Source of the DNA: Acinetobacter phage vB_AbaSI_3
Direction: 5' to 3' (one strand)
Sequence record: PQ382034.1
Length of the DNA: 64,000 nucleotides
Position 1 is the first letter of the stretch. Each line of letters opens with the position of its first letter. Positions 17,641 to 26,935 of this stretch are shown one piece after another. The translations under genes were made by a program, and so were the position numbers. The notes below the pieces were generated by a model. The model saw only the letters and a list, made by a program, of their open reading frames with translations, had not been told where the DNA came from and did not search any database.

Positions 17641-17831
17641 ATTGTGTCCTTAATAATTCGCCATGCTAGTGCCCATGTGCTAAATGTAGTTAATGCAAAT
17701 ACTGCTAATGCGGTATCATTAGGAAATGATCCAGTCATAGCTATGTAAATTTGAGCTATATGAATTGTTAGCCATGATCCACCGCACAAAGCAAATACAG
17801 CGGCTAATGCAATCATCGATTTCATACTCAT
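17637..17831 (-). CDS. hypothetical membrane protein (start trimmed to 17831, ATGA-coupled)
   Basis: The track ORF 17637-17918 overlaps the upstream gene in another frame. The ATG at 17831 overlaps the upstream TGA (ATGA). Two predicted TM helices. Confidence 0.4.
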   Translation of the reverse strand: MSMKSMIALAAVFALCGGSWLTIHIAQIYIAMTGSFPNDTALAVFALTTFSTWALAWRIIKDTM

Positions 17832-18295
17832 ACAGTCACCGATTCTTTGTGCGTATCTTGTTCTACGTTTAAAACGAGATATGTTTGATGAACACCATAG
17901 GGCTTCCAACCTCTGCATTGGCCAAAACCTTTTAGCCTATAGCCCATTGAACCACGAGCTCTGTACATCTTAATATACTTTTCTTTAAGCAAACGTTGCA
18001 ATGCAGGAGATCGTTGTAAATTTACACAATGCTCACGATTGATAGGCAATCTGACGTATTCGCCTTCAACTTGCTGTTTAAAGAACTCTTTATAGTATTT
18101 GTACTGATCGGCATCAGAAATTCCGCCGCCAATAAGCTTTAAAATTTGCATACGTGCTAATCGTTTTGCTTCATATGCGACAAATCGTTCTTCAATTTGT
18201 GGATTCTTTGCACGTACACGATCTTCAAGATTTCCAAACGTTAAAAGTTCTTGATGCTTAAGATCACTTAGTATTTCTGCCAAACTGCTCATCAA
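17828..18295 (-). CDS. hypothetical protein
   Basis: 155 aa. Confidence 0.45.
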   Translation of the reverse strand: MMSSLAEILSDLKHQELLTFGNLEDRVRAKNPQIEERFVAYEAKRLARMQILKLIGGGISDADQYKYYKEFFKQQVEGEYVRLPINREHCVNLQRSPALQRLLKEKYIKMYRARGSMGYRLKGFGQCRGWKPYGVHQTYLVLNVEQDTHKESVTV

Positions 18296-18470
18296 GCAAC
18301 TCCGTAAATTTATCTGCTACCTTAACAACATTTTGAAGGTAATACTTTTCGCCAAATAGTAATGGCGTTTCCAATTTAGCCTTGATAGCTTGTAAGCCAC
18401 CAAGCGCTTTAACCAATTTTACATGCGTGTGGTATTGATATTCGATACCATTAATAGTTAATACAAACAT
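18264..18470 (-). CDS. hypothetical protein
   Basis: 68 aa. Confidence 0.35.
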   Translation of the reverse strand: MFVLTINGIEYQYHTHVKLVKALGGLQAIKAKLETPLLFGEKYYLQNVVKVADKFTELLDEQFGRNTK

Positions 18471-18676
18471 TAGAGCTCCGAGTTTTCATCTACACAAAGT
18501 AATCCGAACCAAACAACAATTACGAATATCACGTAGAATGTTAATGGCAACGCTTCAGGTAAAGGTCCAATAAGTACCTTTAATGGAATTATAACTATTA
18601 CAGTCAAAAGTATTGCTACAATAGCAGACAAAAATGCACAAGTAACCATGTATGGGAATGTAAGCTGCCATTTCAT
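18470..18676 (-). CDS. hypothetical membrane protein
   Basis: 68 aa with two hydrophobic helices. Confidence 0.4.
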   Translation of the reverse strand: MKWQLTFPYMVTCAFLSAIVAILLTVIVIIPLKVLIGPLPEALPLTFYVIFVIVVWFGLLCVDENSEL

Positions 18677-19005
18677 GCTAAATTCTCCAACAATTTACGT
18701 TCATCGATACATCGTTGGCATTTAGTGCAATCAGAAGTTATGCCATGTTTAGAACGTTCGATGCCTTGAAGGTCCATTTCTTCGATAGCTGCTGCAATAG
18801 CATAGTATTGTACAACAAGTGGAAATCTATGACTTGATAACACTTCACTACATGTAAATTTACCTCTAAACAAAATATTTGTATGAAGGCCATCAGATTG
18901 TTGGATATCTCGGATGTAACCGCGAACGAGCAGAGTTGCATGAAGCTCGTCATAACGTTGACCAAGGAAACGTCGAAGAGCGATAAATTTAGGTTTATTT
19001 TGCAT
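18673..19005 (-). CDS. hypothetical protein with C-terminal Cys cluster
   Basis: 110 aa, ATGA-coupled to the next gene. Preferred over the overlapping frame 18738-19019. Confidence 0.4.
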   Translation of the reverse strand: MQNKPKFIALRRFLGQRYDELHATLLVRGYIRDIQQSDGLHTNILFRGKFTCSEVLSSHRFPLVVQYYAIAAAIEEMDLQGIERSKHGITSDCTKCQRCIDERKLLENLA

Positions 19006-19071
19006 GATATTTTACTCATTAATTTCTGATAATGCCATTATACTACATAATGGCACATGTGTAAATAGGTT

Positions 19072-19545
19072 TTATTTTAAAAAGAATGGAATATCACGAC
19101 CAGTCCATTTTGCCATATGCGCCTTTTCGTTTTTGTAAAGTGTACGATATTCTGCGATTGCATTTGTATGAAGAATACGACCCGGCATTACTGCTACAAA
19201 TGGAGTTAATTTATTTGCACCAAGTGGAATTTTATCGATATTGTCGATTAAGGCAGGGATCAAGCGTGAACTAGCATGAACTTTGCCATAGCGATATGTA
19301 TATTCACTAAGTAACTCGATAACTAAGTCAAGGAGAAACTCATAGTTTTGGCGAGATTGCATTGCCCATACAACGCATGGGTGATTTTTATGAGTTGCTT
19401 TATAAAGAATTTCCTGATCACAGCCGTTTAAACGAGAAACAGTAGAAAGAATTTGACAATATTCGACACACATTTTAACAACATGTTTGTCACAATGATA
19501 TTGTGCAGATTTAGCTGGATTTGTGTCAAAATGAAAAATATTCAT
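19072..19545 (-). CDS. hypothetical protein
   Basis: 157 aa, preceded by an early-promoter stem-loop motif at about 19585-19620. Confidence 0.5.
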   Translation of the reverse strand: MNIFHFDTNPAKSAQYHCDKHVVKMCVEYCQILSTVSRLNGCDQEILYKATHKNHPCVVWAMQSRQNYEFLLDLVIELLSEYTYRYGKVHASSRLIPALIDNIDKIPLGANKLTPFVAVMPGRILHTNAIAEYRTLYKNEKAHMAKWTGRDIPFFLK

Positions 19546-19661
19546 AATGTTTACTCAATGTAGATTAGATCTGATAGATGTATTATACTAAAATAAAAAG
19601 CATGTGTAAACAGTTTTACTAATTATTTTTACTACAATGGAGCCGTAAGGCTCCATTTTTG

Positions 19662-19868
19662 TTATGCTATTTCAATTTTGGAAATATCGAAGTATGAATA
19701 TTCCCAGCATCCACCATTTTCATCAGTACACCAAACCATTGATTTAGGAGGCATATGTCCTGGAGGTGGTGTAATTTCCTCTTCAATAGGCTTGTAGAAA
19801 TAAAATTCACCGTCAAAAACTGTAACAACTGTTGTGCCTTCAGGAAGTTTAGTAGAAAATGCTTTCAT
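19662..19868 (-). CDS. hypothetical protein
   Basis: 68 aa. Confidence 0.35.
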   Translation of the reverse strand: MKAFSTKLPEGTTVVTVFDGEFYFYKPIEEEITPPPGHMPPKSMVWCTDENGGCWEYSYFDISKIEIA

Positions 19869-19894
19869 AACAATACTCTTGGTGAATTAGATTT

Positions 19895-19925
19895 GATAGA
19901 GCTATTATAATATAGCCCTATCATG
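19895..19925 (-). promoter_or_regulatory. T4-type early promoter within a palindrome (PeSL-like): GTTTACA N17 TATAAT on the minus strand
   Basis: Minus strand reads TGTTTACAtcatgatagggctatatTATAATagctctatc. The -10 sits inside the inverted repeat GATAGAGC...GCCCTATC. Confidence 0.6.
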
Positions 19926-19936
19926 ATGTAAACAGA

Positions 19937-20296
19937 TTATTTCATGAAATATGAAATAGTGTCCCCATCCACATAAACCGCTTCACCTTGGCTAGCGATA
20001 AAATCTTTTGCATCATCTAACCATTCAAATCCTTCTTGATTCATTACTTCTCTAATGAAGATTACTGAACCTGAAGATGAATATCTAACTACCATATAGT
20101 ACCAGCCTTTCTCATAGATTTCATCATTATCAACAACTCGGTACACTGCGAAGCCATCAAGATCACAAGTTTGATCAATGTTATATGAAATTTTATTAAC
20201 TGAGAAAGCTACAACCGATTGAATTTCAACGTTAGGAAACTCTGCACAAATTGCAGATTTAAGAGCAGAAATTGAAGGAGAAGTAAATTGTTTCAT
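19937..20296 (-). CDS. hypothetical protein
   Basis: 119 aa. Confidence 0.4.
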   Translation of the reverse strand: MKQFTSPSISALKSAICAEFPNVEIQSVVAFSVNKISYNIDQTCDLDGFAVYRVVDNDEIYEKGWYYMVVRYSSSGSVIFIREVMNQEGFEWLDDAKDFIASQGEAVYVDGDTISYFMK

Positions 20297-20345
20297 TGCG
20301 ATTTCCTCATGTTGTTTATCGATTTGATAGTTGTATTATACCACA

Positions 20346-20370
20346 AAAGGTGCACGTTGTACACCTTTTT
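20346..20370 (-). terminator. intrinsic terminator hairpin
   Basis: AAAGGTGCAC-GTT-GTACACCTTTTT. Confidence 0.45.
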
Positions 20371-20389
20371 ATGAAATTATTTAAAAAAT

Positions 20390-20824
20390 TTAATCAAAAT
20401 AGTCTTCATCATCTTCATCTGAATCTTCATCGGCAGTAAAGATTACAAGTTCGGATGTCTCATCCGCGAATGTGAACATGCCATTGTAATATGACACATA
20501 AAGAACTTCATCAGTAAATATTGTTGCATGTTTATCTGCAACTAAACGATTTACTTCTTCCATGTTGCATAATTCCAATGGAACTGCACCAATCATGCCT
20601 GAATCTACTGGAAATTTGAGAGAACTATTTGATGAATAGTATCCATCGCCATAAGCAGTATGATGTGCCCAAACTTGGTTACCTGCGATTTCGTATACAC
20701 CATCTACAACGCCATCAGCAATTAGAGCTTCATAATGCTCATCAAGCATTACATAACATGGATCACAAACTACATATGAATTACGTTTAAGTTGCATTTT
20801 AATTTCCTCATTTACGAATATCAA
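20390..20824 (-). CDS. hypothetical protein with poly-acidic C-terminus
   Basis: 144 aa ending DEDSDEDDEDYFD. Confidence 0.4.
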   Translation of the reverse strand: MIFVNEEIKMQLKRNSYVVCDPCYVMLDEHYEALIADGVVDGVYEIAGNQVWAHHTAYGDGYYSSNSSLKFPVDSGMIGAVPLELCNMEEVNRLVADKHATIFTDEVLYVSYYNGMFTFADETSELVIFTADEDSDEDDEDYFD

Positions 20825-21056
20825 AAATTACTTTAACTTCGAGTTCTTGTTCTTCAAGAGATTCAATAGAATCTTCAGGTGTAAAGCCATAGTTTGACAA
20901 CCATTGCTTATCGTATTTAGGCTGAATACATTCATCTGCATCATAAGTCTGGATATTGCCTTCTGCATCAAAGTATGAATAAAGGCCTTCAGATTCAACT
21001 GCGATAATTAAAACTGTACCTTTAGGGCGAGTATTGATAATTTGTTCGAAGTTCAT
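20808..21056 (-). CDS. hypothetical protein
   Basis: 82 aa. Confidence 0.35.
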   Translation of the reverse strand: MNFEQIINTRPKGTVLIIAVESEGLYSYFDAEGNIQTYDADECIQPKYDKQWLSNYGFTPEDSIESLEEQELEVKVIFDIRK

Positions 21057-21094
21057 TGCTTTGTACCTTTATCCATATTTGATTTGATAAGACT

Positions 21095-21124
21095 ATTATA
21101 CCATAGCCTTATCACAATGTAAAC
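21095..21124 (-). promoter_or_regulatory. early promoter within a palindrome (PeSL-like)
   Basis: Minus strand reads GTTTACattgtgataaggctatggTATAATagtcttatc. The -10 sits inside the inverted repeat GATAAGAC/GCCTTATC. Confidence 0.55.
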
Positions 21125-21130
21125 TATTTT

Positions 21131-21484
21131 TTAATAAATTTTGAATGCTTCAGTGTTTTCGTGCAAATACTTGATTGCTTCTTCAAGAGTATCACAGATC
21201 CCGTCTTCATATGGTTCATCATCAATAGTAATATCCATTGTGCTTGTATCAACCGAAGAGCACCAAATAACATATTGCTGTGCATCTAAATTAGCATCAA
21301 AAAGCGAATAAACTGTTGCAATGCGAAGTTCCCAGCCATCTTGGCGGCCATTTTCTGTTAAAGGATTAGGCTTAGCAGAAAGAACAAATGTGTTTTTGTG
21401 GACGAAGTTACCATCAAGGATGTTAAAATCTGCAAGGAATTGATTGATAATCTGTTGTAAAGAAGGCAATTGGATGTTTAACAT
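21131..21484 (-). CDS. hypothetical protein
   Basis: 117 aa. Confidence 0.4.
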   Translation of the reverse strand: MLNIQLPSLQQIINQFLADFNILDGNFVHKNTFVLSAKPNPLTENGRQDGWELRIATVYSLFDANLDAQQYVIWCSSVDTSTMDITIDDEPYEDGICDTLEEAIKYLHENTEAFKIY

Positions 21485-21559
21485 GATATTTTCCTCAATT
21501 TCAAATAAAGATATTTTATTTGATAGAGCTATTGTATAATATCCTTAAAGCAAAGTAAA

Positions 21560-21991
21560 CTAAATTTTGAAATTATATTTGCTTTGGTACTCAACAATTA
21601 CTGAGTAGTGTCCTTTAGGGTTCAAATACGACAGTCGTTCACACTCTTCAATAGCTCGAATGTGATCATCAAAACTACCTCGTGTTTCATAGTCACCGCC
21701 ATAATAGTGTTCTACTACAACAAACTTGATATCTGAAAATACTTTAGGGCCTGGATCCGGTACTTCAGTAAAATAGATCATATGTTCAGGGCTAATAACA
21801 AGCCGTTTGTCTTGTTCAGGATTACGTCTGAAAGCAATGATCTCTCGATCTTGCAAATCCGTAATGGTACCATTGTCTTGAATTTTAATGTAAGGATTAT
21901 TTTTGATAAAGTGGTATTTGTAATTGTCATACACGTAGTTTTGTTGTGCTAAGTCATATAGCTCGGGATCAACTTTGTACCATTTAGCCAT
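21560..21991 (-). CDS. hypothetical protein (start trimmed to the ATG at 21991)
   Basis: GAGGAAA Shine-Dalgarno 7 nt upstream of MAKWYKV. The track start at 22051 is a weak TTG-type start. Confidence 0.45.
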   Translation of the reverse strand: MAKWYKVDPELYDLAQQNYVYDNYKYHFIKNNPYIKIQDNGTITDLQDREIIAFRRNPEQDKRLVISPEHMIYFTEVPDPGPKVFSDIKFVVVEHYYGGDYETRGSFDDHIRAIEECERLSYLNPKGHYSVIVEYQSKYNFKI

Positions 21992-22058
21992 GATAATTTC
22001 CTCTTTAGATGAATGTATTGTATTACAAAATTTTAGACATGTAAACCACAAAAGGCAC

Positions 22059-22568
22059 TTAAGTGCCTTTTGAACGTAAAAATTCTTTGAGTTCTCCGAT
22101 AACCTTCACATGTCCAGCCTTTGAACCGAGATTGAAAATAGGAATATCATAATCAATAGCAATTCGAAGAGCCATTGCGGTTCCACCTTCAAGTTTGCCG
22201 TCAGGTGTCCAGCAGATAATGAAATCGACTGGCTCATCTAAACTATCACCTAAAGTAATTTGAGCATTTCTGCCATGCATTTTGCGTGCAGAAAAACTAC
22301 AAGCTTCCCAATTAGGATGATATTTAGCAGCAAAATCAATATGGCGTTGCTTTAAAGCAGGTGTATCAGATGTGTAATTATTGTAGCCTTGCCATGGCAA
22401 CCAAAGTACAGTTGAATTAGGTGCACCATCAATAAATGCTTTATCTGCACCTAATGCGCCACCAGTATGACAAACATGTCCGAGAATATCGAGCTCTTTT
22501 GCAAGTTGGCGCATAATTGCAAGAATATCCATAGGCGTTCTACGAGATCCGATGCCGGCGTATTTCAT
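22059..22568 (-). CDS. SLOG-superfamily protein, DprA/Smf-like Rossmann domain
   Basis: 169 aa. GIGSRRTP, then about 25 aa later HTGGALGADKAF, and a C-terminal GGTAMA. This matches the DprA/Smf pattern GSR...SGxAxGxDxxAH. Confidence 0.6.
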   Translation of the reverse strand: MKYAGIGSRRTPMDILAIMRQLAKELDILGHVCHTGGALGADKAFIDGAPNSTVLWLPWQGYNNYTSDTPALKQRHIDFAAKYHPNWEACSFSARKMHGRNAQITLGDSLDEPVDFIICWTPDGKLEGGTAMALRIAIDYDIPIFNLGSKAGHVKVIGELKEFLRSKGT

Positions 22569-22577
22569 AGGAAGTCC

Positions 22578-22913
22578 TCAAATAACTACATTAGGTAAAA
22601 CGACGTCATATGTTTTGTCAAAAATTTCAGGTTTACACGGGTAATATTCACCATTTACTCCTTGAATGATGTAGTCATTAAGTGAAGCAGTCATTGTGCC
22701 TTCAAGTGTTTCGATAGAGAGTCCAGATTCCATGACTCGGACATACATTGCGTTAAAGTTTGCAGCCGTATTAGGATCAATTACAACATCTAATCCCATA
22801 AACAAGAGAACGTTTTCAAGAGATTCAGGTGTACCAAGCCATTGGACTGCATAAACTTCAACTGGTTTCTTTCGAGCTAGAATTTTAGTCATATTTAACC
22901 TCAAAAAGGGCAC
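22578..22913 (-). CDS. hypothetical protein
   Basis: 111 aa. Confidence 0.4.
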   Translation of the reverse strand: MPFLRLNMTKILARKKPVEVYAVQWLGTPESLENVLLFMGLDVVIDPNTAANFNAMYVRVMESGLSIETLEGTMTASLNDYIIQGVNGEYYPCKPEIFDKTYDVVLPNVVI

Positions 22914-22930
22914 AATGTGCCCTTTGTTTT
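22900..22930 (-). terminator. intrinsic terminator hairpin
   Basis: AAAGGGCAC-AAT-GTGCCCTTTG flanked by A/T runs on both strands. Confidence 0.5.
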
Positions 22931-22936
22931 AATTGA

Positions 22937-23074
22937 TTAAGCTGCGTTAACACGAGCTATACGGGCAAATGCAAGTTTAAGAGAAAGCTTTTGTGTAGCT
23001 CGCGGATCACGTAATTTGCCAACTTTAGAGGTTGCAAATACTGGAGTTTCGTTTTTAGCTTTAGCCTTTGACAT
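22937..23074 (-). CDS. small basic protein (45 aa), absent from the ORF track
   Basis: MSKAKAKNETPVFATSKVGKLRDPRATQKLSLKLAFARIARVNAA. GAGGAAA Shine-Dalgarno 7 nt upstream of the ATG at 23074, and the terminator hairpin follows directly. Confidence 0.35.
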   Translation of the reverse strand: MSKAKAKNETPVFATSKVGKLRDPRATQKLSLKLAFARIARVNAA

Positions 23075-23097
23075 GATAATTTCCTCTGTAAGATTAA

Positions 23098-23685
23098 TCA
23101 AATAGATTTATTTGATAAGGCAATTATATCACATACCTTATTTGAAGTAAACTGCTTTTCTTCATTATCCAATTTTTGTTCAATCGCGATAATGGCATGA
23201 ACCCATTTCTTATAAACGAGTGCACGGCTAATTTTTGATAAACGGCTGATTCGCCATCCTTGATGAATGTAATCCTTTACATCAGATTTGAGTACAATCA
23301 TTTCAGTGTACGAGTCATCAGTTCCTTTGAAAATTTCAACGTATTCACGTTTAGGTTCCCAGAACTTTGGTAAGAGGTCTGTAACGTGGTCAAAGTCAAT
23401 AAACGATTTTCTTGCTTCATCTTTGATCATTGCTTCTTCTAAATCGTCGAAGAGGTTAGGTGACATAGGTTGTACAGAACAAACATCTCCAACAATTTTA
23501 TCAGTTTCACGATTTATATACATATCGCGTACTCTATTTTTAGCCCAGTTTCTACGTTTAGTTCTAGACATACCAGAAGGCATTTTGTGCCCTTCTTGAC
23601 CAATAAGATCTGCCAATCGTTGAATACTGATGCCGAGGTGATGTTGCTCAGGATTTTCATCCTGAGCTATTTGATTAGTAACCAT
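23098..23685 (-). CDS. hypothetical protein
   Basis: About 195 aa from the ATG at 23685 (the track start is TTG at 23700). The gene 56 stop overlaps it. Confidence 0.45.
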   Translation of the reverse strand: MVTNQIAQDENPEQHHLGISIQRLADLIGQEGHKMPSGMSRTKRRNWAKNRVRDMYINRETDKIVGDVCSVQPMSPNLFDDLEEAMIKDEARKSFIDFDHVTDLLPKFWEPKREYVEIFKGTDDSYTEMIVLKSDVKDYIHQGWRISRLSKISRALVYKKWVHAIIAIEQKLDNEEKQFTSNKVCDIIALSNKSI

Positions 23686-24193
23686 TGTTTTGGCGTTCAA
23701 AGTTTTCTTTATTTTTTAAGTAATACAATTCGAACATTTCTTCGGCTCGAATACCTAAAGCATTTGCCATGTTGAGAACGAAATGCATGATATCGATGAA
23801 CTCGAATTTAATTTCAAGTTGATCTTCAGGGCTCAAGTCGCTGATTAAAGTATTACGCATTTCTAGGTTTTTAGAACGCCATGCCTTCCAAACGCTTGAT
23901 GCGGCATTTTCACCATTTGACATACCACCGAGAGATGTGAGCAATTCACGAAACTCATCATCAATAGAATCCTTTTGAGCACGCATCCAATCAACTACTT
24001 TACCAGCAGTGTCTAAATTGCGAGGATCTTGGTTCATTTCAGGTTTATCTTGTGCTAAACGAATCTGCAGACTATTTTGCATATCAAGCATTGTATCGAG
24101 GTACTGTTCGCCATTAAACCGTAAATCTTCTGCAACTTGACGAGCTGCATCGATACCATCAACTAAGTGACTGCATTGATTAAAGTGTGCCAT
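23675..24193 (-). CDS. 56: dCTP pyrophosphatase gp56 (MazG-like dCTPase/dUTPase)
   Basis: Colinear with T4 gp56: MAHFN.C.HL..G.D, VMLDMQ..LQIRLA, LETAG.VV.WMR.QKD.IDDEFRELLTSLG, SPEDQLEIKFE..DI.HFVLNM, LYYLKNKENF.RQ. Start set at 24193 with a GGAG Shine-Dalgarno. Confidence 0.9.
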   Translation of the reverse strand: MAHFNQCSHLVDGIDAARQVAEDLRFNGEQYLDTMLDMQNSLQIRLAQDKPEMNQDPRNLDTAGKVVDWMRAQKDSIDDEFRELLTSLGGMSNGENAASSVWKAWRSKNLEMRNTLISDLSPEDQLEIKFEFIDIMHFVLNMANALGIRAEEMFELYYLKNKENFERQNNGY

Positions 24194-24261
24194 GTGTATT
24201 TCTCCAAATGTATGGGTAAAGTTGATAAGGTAATTATAACAAAAAGTTTTTAAAGCGTGTT

Positions 24262-24897
24262 TCAATTGCGCATCATGTCTAAATAACGCTCAAACGCAAC
24301 AGAGTTCCAAGGTTGTTCAGGATTGCTGTCACGAATAGCTTTCATTGCTTCTGCAGATTTGATCAATTCTTCTGGAGTAAAGTAGTAGAACAACTGAGAC
24401 CATTTGCTTTGGAACTCATTTTCAATTTGGCGATCAATCTGTTCTTTAAATCGATCTTCAAAGAGTTTCAAGATTTGTTCTTTAGTGCCATGCCAAAATA
24501 ACTCTTCTGGAATTAGGCTTATGTTCCAAGTTTCAGGATCGCCTCTGTAGTCATCCCAAGAGTCTTGTACTTCAACTAATTGTAAATTTACGACCTTGTC
24601 AGATTTCTGGATTTGCGAGAAGCCTGCTTGTTTTTCAATATTTTCTGGACGAAGGTAGAATTCACTAGTTTGGTTTGGTACATAGTCAGGATTGTCAACC
24701 CAATATGTATTTTCAAATGGAATTACATCAAGATGAAAACCACGGTATGATTGCACAAAATGAGGCACTGGGTACTCATCAAGTTCAGCATGTTTTGTTA
24801 ATTCAGCAATAGCTTCAATTGCCAAATCAATAAATGTACGAGCACGAGCTTGAATCTCTTTATTTGCTTGTTCTTTAACTTCAAATGGAGTCATCAT
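24262..24897 (-). CDS. hypothetical protein, paralog A
   Basis: 211 aa. It shares N-terminal and central blocks with the 25223-25843 product (E..ANKEI..RA..FI..A..AI.EL, TGF, and W.ENP.Y.P...T). Confidence 0.5.
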   Translation of the reverse strand: MMTPFEVKEQANKEIQARARTFIDLAIEAIAELTKHAELDEYPVPHFVQSYRGFHLDVIPFENTYWVDNPDYVPNQTSEFYLRPENIEKQAGFSQIQKSDKVVNLQLVEVQDSWDDYRGDPETWNISLIPEELFWHGTKEQILKLFEDRFKEQIDRQIENEFQSKWSQLFYYFTPEELIKSAEAMKAIRDSNPEQPWNSVAFERYLDMMRN

Positions 24898-25232
24898 GCA
24901 GCACCTTTAAGTGAAATGTAAACATAAGTTTTTGCGATGTTAGTACTAGCGACCAAAATTTCAGGGTACTTGAATTCAAACTCGCATTCAGCTTTGTCAT
25001 CAATTAAGTTGACTGATGAAAAGCCCTCAAATGATGGAAAATACCCTAAATCAATGAATCGATCTGCAAAGTTTTTAGGAAGATCCTTTATTGGAACTCG
25101 AAATTCAAATGCACTATAGTTGTAGTATTCGCCATCATCAGAATAATTTGTTGTCAAATTAACAAGATTCAAATCCACAGGCTTAAACTTAATAGTACTA
25201 GAGTCTGATGCAAATTCAACCATTATTTGCAT
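24894..25232 (-). CDS. hypothetical protein
   Basis: 112 aa. Confidence 0.4.
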   Translation of the reverse strand: MQIMVEFASDSSTIKFKPVDLNLVNLTTNYSDDGEYYNYSAFEFRVPIKDLPKNFADRFIDLGYFPSFEGFSSVNLIDDKAECEFEFKYPEILVASTNIAKTYVYISLKGAA

Positions 25233-25843
25233 TTTTTAGTTACTCCTAATGCAATAAGAATAGCCTCTTCTCGTTCACCCCATTTGAGGTTTTCTTGATC
25301 AATTTGTTCAATTACATCTGCTGCACGACGTAACAATTCAGGTTTCATAGTAGTCAATGGCAAATGTGCTTCTCGTTCTTCGATGTAATGAATATGATCT
25401 GCTTCGTCCTTGAATCTTTCTTTGATATATGCGGTGATTTCTTCATCAGTGCCATTCAAAAATAGTTCCATCGGTACTTGATTAAGTACCCATTGTTCTT
25501 GATCTTCAAGATCAGGTGCATATTCATCCCAGGCGTCATATGTTGCAGTACAAACAATATTTACTTCTGGTACTTCTACATGGATACGATGAAAACCTGT
25601 CTGCTTTTCGCGATTTTCTGGCGTATCTGGTGCTTTAGGATCATAGTGTGGATTTTCAGGCCAAGTAGATGTAATATGGTCATATACATGAATTACGTAT
25701 CCATTGCCTTGAAATTTACGAGGCACATCAATTGTTTCACCACCTGGAAGTTCCATGATTGCATTTTGAGCAGTTTGAATGAATTCCCAGGCTCGCTCTT
25801 CAATTTCTTTGTTTACTGCTGTACGACGTTCGAACATGTTCAT
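25223..25843 (-). CDS. hypothetical protein, paralog B
   Basis: 206 aa. Similar to the 24262-24897 product. Confidence 0.5.
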   Translation of the reverse strand: MNMFERRTAVNKEIEERAWEFIQTAQNAIMELPGGETIDVPRKFQGNGYVIHVYDHITSTWPENPHYDPKAPDTPENREKQTGFHRIHVEVPEVNIVCTATYDAWDEYAPDLEDQEQWVLNQVPMELFLNGTDEEITAYIKERFKDEADHIHYIEEREAHLPLTTMKPELLRRAADVIEQIDQENLKWGEREEAILIALGVTKKCK

Positions 25844-26166
25844 AGCATTTCTACCTCAATACCGGTTAATTGAATTCCAAAATGTACAAGAAGCTGCCAT
25901 GATGTAGCAATTACAAAACCAATTGTGGCATCGCCAATTACATACATTGAAGCCATTGTACACAAGAAAGTCCAGATGCCAAGAATAACCGGCTCATATT
26001 GCTTTTTACAATATGACATCCATGAGTATGTAACAATACTGAACATCACAAAGAATAATGCAAGTTCCAGTGCCAATAAATTTATTGCAGTGCTTGCAGC
26101 GATAAATACTGCAAGCGAAATTATTGCACCAATCATGTTTTTGATTGGGTGTCCTTTCATTACCAC
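25840..26166 (-). CDS. hypothetical membrane protein
   Basis: 108 aa with 3-4 predicted TM helices. Confidence 0.45.
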   Translation of the reverse strand: MVMKGHPIKNMIGAIISLAVFIAASTAINLLALELALFFVMFSIVTYSWMSYCKKQYEPVILGIWTFLCTMASMYVIGDATIGFVIATSWQLLVHFGIQLTGIEVEML

Positions 26167-26597
26167 TGCTCCTTACCTGTATAGTGACGGAATCGCCAAG
26201 GAGTTTCACGTGCTAACTGTTCAACAGCTTGTTCCATTATCTCTGCCCATCGCTGCTCATGAAATGTTTGCAACTCGTATGTATAAGGCATTTGACGTAC
26301 TTGGCCAATGTATGTACGAATACGTTGAATCACCAAGCCATAATTTCGTTGCTCGTTTGTTATATAGAACTCAATCTTGTCTAATGATTCAATGTGATTT
26401 TCAACTGAAACTTTACGACGATCTATGATTTTTGCAAGATCATAATCTTTTGCTGAAAGAGCATCATTGACACTACGTTCTAGACTTAAAAATACGAGCT
26501 TTTGAGCAATGCGTAATGCACGAATTTGATTACGAATAACTCGTAGACTACGTGCTTTAGCACGTAGTGATTGTTCGATAGCATATGGAAAACTCAT
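26160..26597 (-). CDS. hypothetical protein
   Basis: 145 aa. Confidence 0.45.
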   Translation of the reverse strand: MSFPYAIEQSLRAKARSLRVIRNQIRALRIAQKLVFLSLERSVNDALSAKDYDLAKIIDRRKVSVENHIESLDKIEFYITNEQRNYGLVIQRIRTYIGQVRQMPYTYELQTFHEQRWAEIMEQAVEQLARETPWRFRHYTGKEQW

Positions 26598-26602
26598 GAT
26601 AA

Positions 26603-26935
26603 TTATCCTTTAATCATTTCAACTTTAAGAATGCGTTTGATGTCCCCATTACGCGTTTCGATAATGAGTGGAGAATGCAACGTTACTGATGCAGAATCCA
26701 TGATTTTATCTGCAATTTCAAGAGACGTAATAATCGGAGCATCTGTGAATTCTGTAGCCCAGATAAATGCTCGGTTGACTTCGCCAAAGCGAGGTCTGTT
26801 GTCAGTAGTAGAAACTAATATGTTTTCATAACTAAGAACTTCAACTTCATCGCTAGAACGCCATGGCAAGATTTTATCAAGCATAGTAGGAGTTTTAACT
26901 GTATATTGAGATTGTGTAATTTTAACTATAACCAT
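26603..26935 (-). CDS. hypothetical protein
   Basis: 110 aa. Confidence 0.4.
   Translation of the reverse strand: MVIVKITQSQYTVKTPTMLDKILPWRSSDEVEVLSYENILVSTTDNRPRFGEVNRAFIWATEFTDAPIITSLEIADKIMDSASVTLHSPLIIETRNGDIKRILKVEMIKG

Noticed and set aside
18738-19019. Alternative-frame ORF overlapping 18673-19005
   Set aside because: The sequence is low-complexity (Leu/Asn/Ser-rich). The other frame continues the ATGA-coupled gene chain and looks protein-like.
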